A stretch of 64,000 nucleotides of DNA from an uncultured Gemmatimonadaceae bacterium. GTDB lineage: Bacteria; Gemmatimonadota; Gemmatimonadetes; Gemmatimonadales; Gemmatimonadaceae. The stretch's first letter is position 1; every line of letters begins with the position of its first letter. The stretch covers positions 384,001-448,000 of the forward strand of contig CAVXGK010000001.1 in the NCBI GenBank assembly GCA_963761305.1, given 5' to 3'. The translations under genes and the position numbers were made by a program. The notes beneath the pieces are model-generated. The model was not told the DNA's origin. It searched no databases and worked only from the letters and a program-made list of their open reading frames with translations. Shown in pieces: positions 29,631-38,474 of this stretch.

Positions 29631-29981
29631 ATGACAAATCAGATCGGCCTCAGCGTCTTGCTGATACTGGCTAGCGTGGCCGCGCCCCTTGCGGCGCAAT
29701 CAGCGCCGACGGACAGGCGTGCCGCATCGCATCCGTCTGCTCGCTGTTTTCGCCTGGATTTCAGCCACGACTCTAGCACCGCCCTCCTTCCCGACAGGCT
29801 TCAGTGGACGGCCTCAGACTCGATCGCTCGGCTGGCCTGGGATACGACATCGGCCGACGCGCGAGAGCTCAGCCGACAGACTCGAGGTCGAGCACGATGG
29901 CGTCGAACCGGCAAAGACTCCGTCCCGTCGAGATCACGAATGAATCGCTTGGTATCTTTCCTTCTTGGCCCTGCAGCTTAG
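29631..29981 (+). pseudogene. Exported protein cassette, 3'-truncated
   Basis: Signal peptide (..LAAQ); runs into the right half of an attC. Confidence 0.5.
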
Positions 29982-29995
29982 CTAACGCGTTAGAT
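29971..29995 (+). mobile_element. Right half of an attC site
   Basis: ctgcagcttagctaacgcGTTAGAT, nearly identical to the 3' arm at 30774-30797. Confidence 0.8.
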
Positions 29996-30026
29996 GACTA
30001 ACGGGCATCTTCGGCATGAGGGCATC

Positions 30027-30713
30027 GTGATCCGCCGCCTCACCGCGCTTCTCGCTTGTGCCGTGATCGTTGGCTGTTCGACGAGGCCGGATCGCCGCCC
30101 CGTTCAGGCTGACGGCGAAACTGCCGCGGACAGCATTCCCCTCGACTCCTGCGCGAAGCTCGATCAACTCGGAACTCCTCAAGCCAGGGTGCTTCAGCCC
30201 GGCGAAGTCATTCCCGGCCCTCAGCCAGGCTCTTGGGCCGACGTTAAGCGCGTCGCCTTCGGCGCCTTCAGCATCGAAGTGCCAGCAGTGACGACGCTGG
30301 GGCGAATCGATTCCGCATTCGTTTCCGTGGTCGACTTCCCTACCTGCCGGTATTTCTGCGGCATCAACGTCGACCTGGTTCATGATTCGGTCTACACATC
30401 TCTCGACGCGTACGTTGCGCACTGGCGAGATCTCGACACTGTCGGCGACCCGAACGCCGAGCGGTCAGGCCCCCCGCGTCCTATCAGAGTTGGTCCTGAC
30501 CGCGGTCTGGTGATGGAGACTCCGTGTGGCGATTGCGGATCTGAGGACCTCGTCGTAAAACGCGGCAATACTGTCGCGCACATCAGTTTCAGCATGGATG
30601 ACCGCGAGGGGAACCAACCCGGCGTGAGGTGCCGCCTGACGCGAGCCGCCACCACCTTCCGGTGGATTGATCCCAGGGCCGGCATCTCGGTGCGGTCATC
30701 TAACGAACGCTGA
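30027..30713 (+). CDS. Cys-rich lipoprotein (gene cassette)
   Basis: Lipobox IVGC; stop inside attC; cassette ends gttagatgac/gtcatctaac are complementary. Confidence 0.7.
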   Translation: MIRRLTALLACAVIVGCSTRPDRRPVQADGETAADSIPLDSCAKLDQLGTPQARVLQPGEVIPGPQPGSWADVKRVAFGAFSIEVPAVTTLGRIDSAFVSVVDFPTCRYFCGINVDLVHDSVYTSLDAYVAHWRDLDTVGDPNAERSGPPRPIRVGPDRGLVMETPCGDCGSEDLVVKRGNTVAHISFSMDDREGNQPGVRCRLTRAATTFRWIDPRAGISVRSSNER

Positions 30714-30797
30714 AGCTGACAAGCGAGCCATTGATTGCGCTGCGCTTCGCGCAGCGACCTTTTATGATTCGCTTGCAGCTTAGCTAACGCGTTGGGC
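30698..30797 (+). mobile_element. attC site
   Basis: ATCTAAC gaacgctgaagctgacaagcga...tcgcttgcagcttagctaacgc GTTGGGC; central cgctgcgcttcgcgcagcg. Confidence 0.92.
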
Positions 30798-30812
30798 GGA
30801 CCACACGCATCT

Positions 30813-31319
30813 ATGGCAGTACGGTTGACCAAATCCGAATCCTACCTTCGTGAAGTCTGCCTGCGCCGAGCTCAGGTACCTGATTTCACTCGGTATCCCT
30901 TCGCGTTGCCGGCGGTTGTGCACCTGGAGTGCCTGGCATTTCCGCAACCCATCACGTTCCTCATTGGCGAGAACGGCTCTGGGAAATCGACGCTGCTCGA
31001 AGCCATCGCGGTCGCGCTGGGCTTCAATGCGGAAGGTGGCTCGCGCAATTTTCGTTTCGGTACTCGCGAATCGCACTCGGACCTCCACGCCTACCTGCGT
31101 CCGGTACGGGGCGTAAGTCGCTCTCGCGACGGATTCTTCCTTCGTGCGGAGAGCTATTACAACGTGGCGACCGAAATCGAGAACCTGGATCGAGTTCCTG
31201 GAGCGGGCCCACCGGTCGCTCCAGCGTACGGGCCACGTGCTCTCCATGAGCAGTCGCACGGCGAATCGTTTCTCGCGCTCCTCCAACATCGGTTTCGCGG
31301 CAACGGACTGTATTTGATT
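30813..31319 (+). pseudogene. COG3910-type predicted ATPase cassette, truncated at Walker B
   Basis: YPFALPAV, GENGSGKSTLLEAIA, GFFLRAES, LHEQSHGESF, GNGLYLI then unrelated sequence. Confidence 0.85.
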
Positions 31320-31711
31320 CGCTCGGCGTGCGGGAACGGGAGGGGCCGCAGGACGACCGCATCGAGCGCGCCGAACACGGCGGTCGTCGCGCCAATGCCG
31401 AGCGCGAGCGTGGCGATGGCAACCAACGAGAATCCGGGTGCGCCGGCGAGCTGCCGCCATGCGAAGGTGAGATCCTGGCGCAATTCGTCACGATACTCGG
31501 CGCGGCGCGCGCGCCGGTCGCGCTCCTCGCCGAATCGCTGGCATTCCTCGCTCGCCGAGCGTGTGTCGCCAAATCGTCGCTCGGCCTCGGCGCGCGCTTG
31601 TTGTCGCGTCATGCCGGACTCCATCAGCTCGCGCGTGGTCATCTCGAGATGGAACGCGAGCTCCGTTTCCACCTCGTCGCGCACACTGCGGCGCCAGAAG
31701 GCCTGTTTCAT
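31317..31711 (-). pseudogene. N-terminal fragment of an orphan ABC permease
   Basis: EVETELAFHLEM..RRFGD..QDLTFAWRQL..TLALGIGATTAVF..LRPLPFPHAERI, then it reads into antisense ATPase sequence. Confidence 0.85.
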
Positions 31712-32037
31712 TCGGGAAGCAGCAACGGCGTAATCGCCGTCACGAAGCTCGCGAGCTCTTTCGTCTGGGCGCGCAGCTCGCGGCGGCCGGCGGTAGTGAT
31801 GGCGTAGACCTTGGCTTTTCGTCCGAGCTCCGAGGTGCCCCAGTCGGCCTCGATCAAGCCGTCGCGCTCCAGGCGGTAGAGGGCCGGGTACAGCGATCCT
31901 TCCTCGACCTGGAGCGAGTCTCCGGTTTGTTCGCGAATCCAGCGGACGATGGCGTAACCGTGCCGGGGACCGAACGAGAGGGTCTTGAGGATCAGGGCGT
32001 CGAGCGTGCCGTGGAGGCGGTCTTTGGTGGGTGCCAT
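31708..32037 (-). CDS. PadR-family transcriptional regulator
   Basis: GTLDALIL..RHGYAI..EEGSLYPALYRLE..WGTSELGRKAKVY. Confidence 0.95.
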   Translation of the reverse strand: MAPTKDRLHGTLDALILKTLSFGPRHGYAIVRWIREQTGDSLQVEEGSLYPALYRLERDGLIEADWGTSELGRKAKVYAITTAGRRELRAQTKELASFVTAITPLLLPE

Positions 32038-32042
32038 TGGGC

Positions 32043-32094
32043 CTAGCCTAGAGGTCTAGGCTAGTATTTATCTCGGAATACCTAGATGTCAAGG
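32043..32094. promoter_or_regulatory. Palindromic operators for the second PadR
   Basis: CTAGCCTAGA-gg-TCTAGGCTAG (32043-32064) and CCTAG-atgt-CAAGG (32081-32094). Confidence 0.7.
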
Positions 32095-32138
32095 GTCATA
32101 GTGCGTGGTCGTGGCTTCCGCTATTGCTTCGCTGGCCG

Positions 32139-32237
32139 GCCTAACGAACGCTGAAGCTGAGAAAGGAGCTATTGATGTTTTGCGGCTGCGCGGCAAAACA
32201 CTTATATGTCCTTTGCAGCCTGGCTAACCCGTTACGC
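32139..32237 (+). mobile_element. attC site
   Basis: GCCTAAC gaacgctgaagctgagaaaggagc...cctttgcagcctggctaaccc GTTACGC. Confidence 0.85.
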
Positions 32238-32503
32238 GGCACCTCGAGGATTCATGCGAGAGCACATTGCGATTTCAATGGTGTTGATCGTCGCCAGCAC
32301 CCCACTGGCCGCCCAGACCCAAGGGTGTGGGCCGGTACCAGTAGTCGTGACCGTCGCGGACGCATGTGTCTATTTCGGAATTGGCCCAGAGGTTGACGAC
32401 CTAGTGCGCCCCGATCGATGAGGCACCTGGTTCCGTTTCGGGACATGGGCTAGGATCGTGCGTGCTGCGCGCGCACTCTTGTGTGTTCCTTTCCGGAGGG
32501 GAT

Positions 32504-32917
32504 ATGAGGAGGATCGCGGTCGTCGGATTCGCTATCTGGCTCGCTGCGACGATCGCGCTTCGCGTGTTCGGCCAGCTTGTGTTTCGTGGTCCCGAGGTGT
32601 GGAGAATTCTGGCCGTGTTGCTCGCCTCCGTTCCGTTGATGATCCTGGTCGCGCGGGCGGTCCTCGGCGCCCTGGCCCCCGCTGAGCGAGCGCTGGGATC
32701 GATCGCGCTCGTCGCGCCGGGCATGCTACTCGACACGGTCAGCACCATCTGGTTCACGCGTGTCTTCCCAAACATTCGCCCTGATGCGGCAGCGGTGTTC
32801 GGCGGCTGGCTCCTCCTGTGCAATGCCGTGGTGCTGCTCACAGCGGCGCTATGGCGCCCGCGAACCACCAGCAGTCACGAGGCGAGACCCGTAGCTGCCC
32901 TAGGGAGTCTTAGTTGA
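32504..32917 (+). CDS. DUF5367-like membrane protein
   Basis: GFAIWLAATIALR..PGMLLD..VFPN..FGGWLL; RBS GGAGGGG. Confidence 0.7.
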   Translation: MRRIAVVGFAIWLAATIALRVFGQLVFRGPEVWRILAVLLASVPLMILVARAVLGALAPAERALGSIALVAPGMLLDTVSTIWFTRVFPNIRPDAAAVFGGWLLLCNAVVLLTAALWRPRTTSSHEARPVAALGSLS

Positions 32918-34447
32918 CTTTGTCAGATGTTCGCGTACGGCGTTGAGCACTCGCATAGCGAACGCCGCGCCTGGCTCGCCCCCGAGAGCGGGCACCGGCA
33001 GGTCGGGCGCGACGCCCGCCACTTCGTCCGTTCCGTCCGCGCGGAGTCGCACGCAGTTGGGCACTCGAAAGCGCATTCCCGAGTGGGGCAACCGCGCGAG
33101 CCCGTCGCTGTCCAGGAATCCACAGCCGTCCCCACCCGTCCGCGAGCCCACGACGGTGGCGGCGCGGTTGTTCTGCAACAGAGCGGCGAACATCTCGGCG
33201 GATGAATACGTGCGGCGGTCGGTGAGCACGTAGAGCGGTCCGGTCCACGATCCCCAGAATTCCCCGACCCCCGACGGCCAGTAGAGCTCTTTGGCGATGC
33301 CGGCGTTGGAAACGGCGTGCGGGTCGAGCAGCGCAAGTGGGCCGCCGCTGGAGCCGGCGTCGATGAGGCGCTTGCAGTCGTTGGTCGACCAGCTTCGCCG
33401 CTCACTCCAGACCCAGCTCAGGTCGCACGAGGGTTTCTGAACCTGCTGCCGCCGCGATCGGAACAGGGCGAGCTGCTCGCGCACGACCGGCGATGAAGAA
33501 TCGGCTTTGGCCGCGGCTTCCAGCGCTTCCACTTCCTCCTGCATGTAGGGGGTCGCGGCCGCGGAGTCCCAGCTGATCAGTAACGTCGAAGATCGCAGCG
33601 GATTGGCCGAGAAAAGGCTCGGCGCGATATCGCCCGAATCGTCGCCGCCGGAATTGTTGCCGACGTCGATGATCACGGCGGCTGCGCTGTCGGCGCGAAA
33701 CCGGCCGAGCAGCGCCGCCATCGTGGCGTACCACTGGTGCTCGACGTATTGGTGGAGAACGCCACGACGCATCCGGCCTGTTGGTCCCCAAAACTCATCG
33801 CGCGCCCAGGCCGCCCGACACAGCCCTTGGTCTGCCGTCTCCTCGAACGACGGGATGCGCAAGATTCCGATCGGGTGCGGGTCGCCGCTCGCGCGAATCT
33901 CTCCCGCGCGGAAGGGCGTGTCGATGCCATCGGCGAGCAGCCGGAATCCGGGCAGCTGCTCGAAGACGCGCGAGAATTGCGGGAGACCGTCTGGGGCGAA
34001 TCCCAGTGCGGCGCAGCCCGTCGCTGGATCGGCGCGGTCGTAGGTCGGGTCGGCCGGCCGCGCGACGGAATCCCGCCTCGGAAGCTCCGCCGGCGGTAGC
34101 TCGGAAAAGTGCCCGTCGTGAAATGCGGCAACGAAGTTCTGAATGGCCAGGCGGGCTTCTTCATTGCTCGTCGCCGCGGCCAGGGCGGCCGTGGTTCTTC
34201 GATCGAGCGCCGGAAGGTCGACGCCCCCCTCAGGTGCGGCGAACCAGGCGAGGTTGGAGTACCGTTGCTCCAACACCCGCTTGAAAAACGCATAATCGTC
34301 CCGCCAGGCGCCGCGGTCGAATGGCGCCGCGGGCACCTGCGCGAGCGCGATGGACGCCGCCCCAACGGACAAGCACACCGCTTGGAGGCAGCGCCGGGGC
34401 CAGCGCCATCCGCACCCTTCGCGCCCCCTCGAGTGAACGAATCGCAT
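32900..34447 (-). CDS. S41-family peptidase, secreted
   Basis: FHDGHF, IIDVGNNSGG, TYSSAEMFA, VVGSRTGG, GVAPD. Confidence 0.8.
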   Translation of the reverse strand: MRFVHSRGREGCGWRWPRRCLQAVCLSVGAASIALAQVPAAPFDRGAWRDDYAFFKRVLEQRYSNLAWFAAPEGGVDLPALDRRTTAALAAATSNEEARLAIQNFVAAFHDGHFSELPPAELPRRDSVARPADPTYDRADPATGCAALGFAPDGLPQFSRVFEQLPGFRLLADGIDTPFRAGEIRASGDPHPIGILRIPSFEETADQGLCRAAWARDEFWGPTGRMRRGVLHQYVEHQWYATMAALLGRFRADSAAAVIIDVGNNSGGDDSGDIAPSLFSANPLRSSTLLISWDSAAATPYMQEEVEALEAAAKADSSSPVVREQLALFRSRRQQVQKPSCDLSWVWSERRSWSTNDCKRLIDAGSSGGPLALLDPHAVSNAGIAKELYWPSGVGEFWGSWTGPLYVLTDRRTYSSAEMFAALLQNNRAATVVGSRTGGDGCGFLDSDGLARLPHSGMRFRVPNCVRLRADGTDEVAGVAPDLPVPALGGEPGAAFAMRVLNAVREHLTKSTKTP

Positions 34448-34508
34448 GTCGCGGAGTCTAAAGAAGTATCCGCCGCGGCGCTTTCATCCTGCGAACCACT
34501 TTGCACGC

Positions 34509-35270
34509 ATGAAACACATCGACGCGCTCACCCCGCTGAGAGTGACCGACTATCCGGCCCGCGGCGCGATGGCGCCGCACTGGCACGAGGAGCCGTCGCT
34601 CATCGTCGTTGCGGCTGGAACCTACCTGGAGCGCATCGCCGGGCGGGAAGCCGAGCAACGGCGCGGATCCATGTTGCTGTATCCGGCAGGCGCGGTCCAC
34701 TCACAGCGATTCGGTCCGCGTGGCGTTCGCAAGATCGTGTTTTCGCCCGACGCATCGTGTTTGGAGTATCTGCGTGAGCACAACGTCGTGCTCGATCGCC
34801 CGCGATCGGTGAAGCTCGAAGGAACGACGTACTTGGCCGAGCGCGTCATCGCCGAATCGCGCCGGACCGATGCCTTCGCGCCCATGGCACTGGAAGGACT
34901 CACGATGGAGCTGGTCGCCGCCTTCGCTCGTTGGAATGAGGGCCCTCGGCGCCCCACGGCGCCCGGGTGGATCGGCGCCGTCCGTGACGCGGTGGACGAC
35001 GCCACAGCCGAGGCTCCGTCGCTCGCGGCGCTCGGCGAGATGGTCGGCAAGCACCCGGTTCACGTCGCGCGCGAGTTTCGCCGTCAGTTCGGAATCTCAA
35101 TTGGCGAGTTCCGGCGGAGGCGACGACTCGAGCGCGCCGCGGAGCTGCTTCAGAGCCGTATTCCGCTCACGGAAATCGCGTTCACGTGCGGCTTCGCGAG
35201 CCAGTCGCATTTCTGCAGGGCGTTCAAGGCGGCCTACGGAGTGACGCCGTCGCAGCGTCGACGCGGCTAG
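34509..35270 (+). CDS. AraC-family transcriptional regulator
   Basis: Cupin HWH; HPVHVAREFRRQFG; EIAFTCGFASQSHFCRAFK. Confidence 0.93.
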   Translation: MKHIDALTPLRVTDYPARGAMAPHWHEEPSLIVVAAGTYLERIAGREAEQRRGSMLLYPAGAVHSQRFGPRGVRKIVFSPDASCLEYLREHNVVLDRPRSVKLEGTTYLAERVIAESRRTDAFAPMALEGLTMELVAAFARWNEGPRRPTAPGWIGAVRDAVDDATAEAPSLAALGEMVGKHPVHVAREFRRQFGISIGEFRRRRRLERAAELLQSRIPLTEIAFTCGFASQSHFCRAFKAAYGVTPSQRRRG

Positions 35271-35739
35271 CATGCAGTGCACGTCGGGCATCTCTCTGTG
35301 ATTCACCCATCGGCCCACGGCGGCGCGGGCAAGACCGTACCAGGCCGGGAAAAATTGTCGACGGAAACTTCTCGGAGGCAGCACGGTTTCACGACCTCGA
35401 CCGCCTCTTCGAGGAGCGTCACGGCAGCATTGACGAGTATCGTCGCGCTAGCACGGTACCCAGCCTACGCGCGGCGCAATGTCGAGACGTGAGAAATTGA
35501 CGCCGGGCCCTCGAGTTCAGGGTCGCCTTCCTCGGGTTGCATGACGTACCACCGACGAAGCGTTCATCGGCGGCGCCGACCATTCGGCGATCGATCGCAA
35601 CGCGAATCGACTTTCTCACCGCGGCACCGATCTACGGCGGGCTCGCCGCAGGAGCGAGTTAGCCCGCCCCGCGCCGCTGGTTGCCGGGTTTCACATCGGG
35701 GCCATCGTGCTTACCGATCAGATCATTCGACGGCCGATA

Positions 35740-36000
35740 GTCACCCGTGTGGGACGAGGCGCTGATTCCTCCGAGCGCTCCGTGACCCAAGTAGCCGGGA
35801 TGTGTTTCACCGACGGCAGCGAGATCGCTGTCCTCAGGTGACGGCTCGGTGGGGCCTCCCCGGCGGCCATCCCGAACCCGGCGAGTCATGGGGTGCCATC
35901 AACGAAGCGCCGCACTACCAGCTGCGCTTCTGGGCGCGCGTTGAGCTACGCACATTCGCGCCGCGGCACGAGATGATGGAGCGCACGCTACGTTCTGCCG
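35740..36000 (+). pseudogene. NUDIX hydrolase remnant
   Basis: WGLPGGHPEPGES half Nudix box followed by PHYQLRFWARV; the REExE part is missing. Confidence 0.5.
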
Positions 36001-36351
36001 ACCGAGTTCGAAGACAGGCTTGTGGGGAAGTGTCCCATCGCAACTGAACTTCACGCGGTCGCGCTCAAATCGACGTCAAATCTTTGAGATGCGCGCGCGC
36101 CCTTCAGTTCGGGGTAGGTTCTCCGCCGTGCGATCAGCGCAAGAACGAGTCGGCTTCGGTCGGTTCAAAGCTCAGATGTGGGGCCTTGCGGCAATGTCCT
36201 GGCGCCACGGTCGCCGTGCGCGGGGCGGGTGGTCATTCAATCGACCGCACGAGCGCGGACTAGGCCCGCTCGATGCCAGCATTATGAGATCGTCACTCAA
36301 CGCTCAGGGGCGATGCGGAATAGCGAACGCTAGTCGTACCATTCGCCCTTC

Positions 36352-36849
36352 ATGTACACCATCCGTTGCACGCAGCGTCTCCTCGATCGGCTCGGCAAGC
36401 CCGCGGTCGAGCCGGTAGAACCAACGACGGTCCTCGGCGACTGGTACGCCAACGTCCTGAGCGTTGGCCGCCTGCGGCTCGTGCTGTGCACGAGCGAGCG
36501 CACGCTCCTCACGGTGCTCGTTCCGGCCAAGGACCTCCCCTCGCTGCCCGCGCGGCTTACCGCCGCCGCGGGTCGGATGCTCGCCCGCCTCGACGTTCCT
36601 TCTCGTGAAATCGCGCGTGAAGAGCGCGAGATGAGTTGGCATCAACTGGGGCGCACCGCCAGCCGCCAAATCCTCGGATCGATGAACGACTTCGCGTTTC
36701 TGGCCGAGACGTACATTCGCGACGACGGTCCCGAGGCCGACCTCGATGACATCGCGAGCGCCTTGAACCGTGCGCCCTGTCGGCCCATTCAGTACGATTC
36801 GCCAGAACGGGCCACCCAGGCGATCTTTCGCCGTGACAACATCCTATAG
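36352..36849 (+). CDS. DUF6933-like protein
   Basis: IRCTQRLL, TTVLGDWYAN, SERTLLTVLVP, TASRQILGSMNDF. Confidence 0.75.
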   Translation: MYTIRCTQRLLDRLGKPAVEPVEPTTVLGDWYANVLSVGRLRLVLCTSERTLLTVLVPAKDLPSLPARLTAAAGRMLARLDVPSREIAREEREMSWHQLGRTASRQILGSMNDFAFLAETYIRDDGPEADLDDIASALNRAPCRPIQYDSPERATQAIFRRDNIL

Positions 36850-36863
36850 AGGAGTTCTCCATC

Positions 36864-37157
36864 GTGCCCCGTTCCCGCACCCGCCGTCCCCGCGCCGTCT
36901 CGGAATCCGTGATTCCGAAGACAGTTTTCGCCAAGGAAATCGCAACGATTCTCGACGACGAGCAACTTACTCAGACTGAGGCGGCGTACATCATGCGCGA
37001 CGCGCCGTCGCAGATCTCGCTCGTCGTGACGGGAAAGCTGCGCGGCTTCGCCGTCGATCGACTCGTTCGCATGCTGCTCCGTTTGGGCCGTGACGTCGAC
37101 ATCACCACGCGCCCGGCGCGCGGCCGGACGGGCAAGGTGACAGTCAGCCGGCGATAG
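36864..37157 (+). CDS. XRE/HTH_37 DNA-binding protein (antitoxin-like)
   Basis: LTQTEAA..PSQISL..GKLRGFAVDRLVRMLLRLGRDVDI; RBS AGAGGAG. Confidence 0.85.
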   Translation: MPRSRTRRPRAVSESVIPKTVFAKEIATILDDEQLTQTEAAYIMRDAPSQISLVVTGKLRGFAVDRLVRMLLRLGRDVDITTRPARGRTGKVTVSRR

Positions 37158-37164
37158 CGGTCAG

Positions 37165-38168
37165 GTGCGCACGATACGGACGGCAGCCTGTCTCTTGATC
37201 GCCGCGGCGGCGTTGTCGGCGCGCCCCGTCATCGCCCAGTCGATTCGAGTCACCACGGCGGACCTGAACCTTCGCCCGCAGCCGACCACGGCTTCGCACG
37301 CTATCTCCGTCATCCCTGAGGGCGACACAGTGCGTGTCATCCCCGGGCCGGACTCGATCCGTTCAGGCTATTACCACGTGGTGCGGGCGAACGGCGATTC
37401 GGGCTGGGCGTACGGTCACTACCTGCACTCTCCGACCACGGCCGTTGCGGAGAACGTCACGACGACGACCGTTCCGTCGAGCGCAATCTCGCCGAGTTGG
37501 GATAAGAAAGATCCCAACCACGTACCGATGCCGAAGGAGGACACGGCGTCGAAGGTCTGCGCATGGAGCGGGCAGCCGGGGAACACGGAAACGATCGTCG
37601 CCGGCCTCAAGAACCGAACCGACACGGCCGCGGTGTATCACGCCGTGACCTGGGATGCGCTGGCGCATCTTCCTTGGCCGAGGGCGCGACGACGCATCGG
37701 CAACCCTCGGCGGACGGGACACCGGGATGGACGCAGGCGCAGCTCGATTCCATCGCGCCGTATGAGCGCGAGGCCCTCGTCGTCACGGGGTTCGTCGCCA
37801 AGATTCGAAAACAGTCCTCGAACCAGGAGGCCACGAACTGCAAGTGGAACGGCGAGCTGAATACCGATTGGCACATCGAGTTCGTAGGAAACTTCTCCAA
37901 TGGCCAGGTCGAGAGCGAGAAGGAGGCGGTCGTCGTCGAAACAACGCCGAGGTTCAAACGCGTGCACCCGAAATGGGCCAATCTCGAGCAGTTCGCCAAT
38001 CCGGCCCATTCGACGGACTCGGTACGGGTGAGCGGATGGCTGATGCTCGATCCGGAGCACAAGGCGCACCTGGGACTGTATCGTCAGACGTTGTGGGAGA
38101 TTCACCCGATCACGAGACTCGAGGTTTTCCAGAACGGGAAGTGGGTCGATCTCGACAGCCTGCCCTAG
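37165..38168 (+). pseudogene. Secreted SH3b + WEIHP-motif domain protein, frameshift near 37680
   Basis: SH3b LNLRPQP..YYHV..GWAY in one frame; continues EGATTH..DWHIE..VETTPR..GWLMLDPEH..LWEIHPIT in another. Confidence 0.7.
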
Positions 38169-38474
38169 GGCGGCGGGAGCCGACATGGAATCGGCGATCG
38201 GGCTCGATGCCGCACCGGGCGCGCGGTTTCCGCGGGATCGCCTGGCTCGGTTCCGACGAAAGATTAGAGCGATCTAATGTTTGGGCCCATATGAATCCGC
38301 CCCCGCCCCACCCTGGCTCCCTCCCCCGTCCCTCGCCAAGATTTGCTCCCCTTCGCGGCGACGTGCTGACCGTCGGCTGACGCTCGCGCCGAGATTGGGG
38401 GGCGCGGGCACGGAATGCGGCCCGCGGCCAGACAGACGGAACGACTTTCCATGCCTACCGGGGGGAGGGCGCGG

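Noticed and set aside
20000..33000. Complete integron with intI
   Set aside because: No ORF with tyrosine-recombinase motifs (R..HxxR..H..Y) was found
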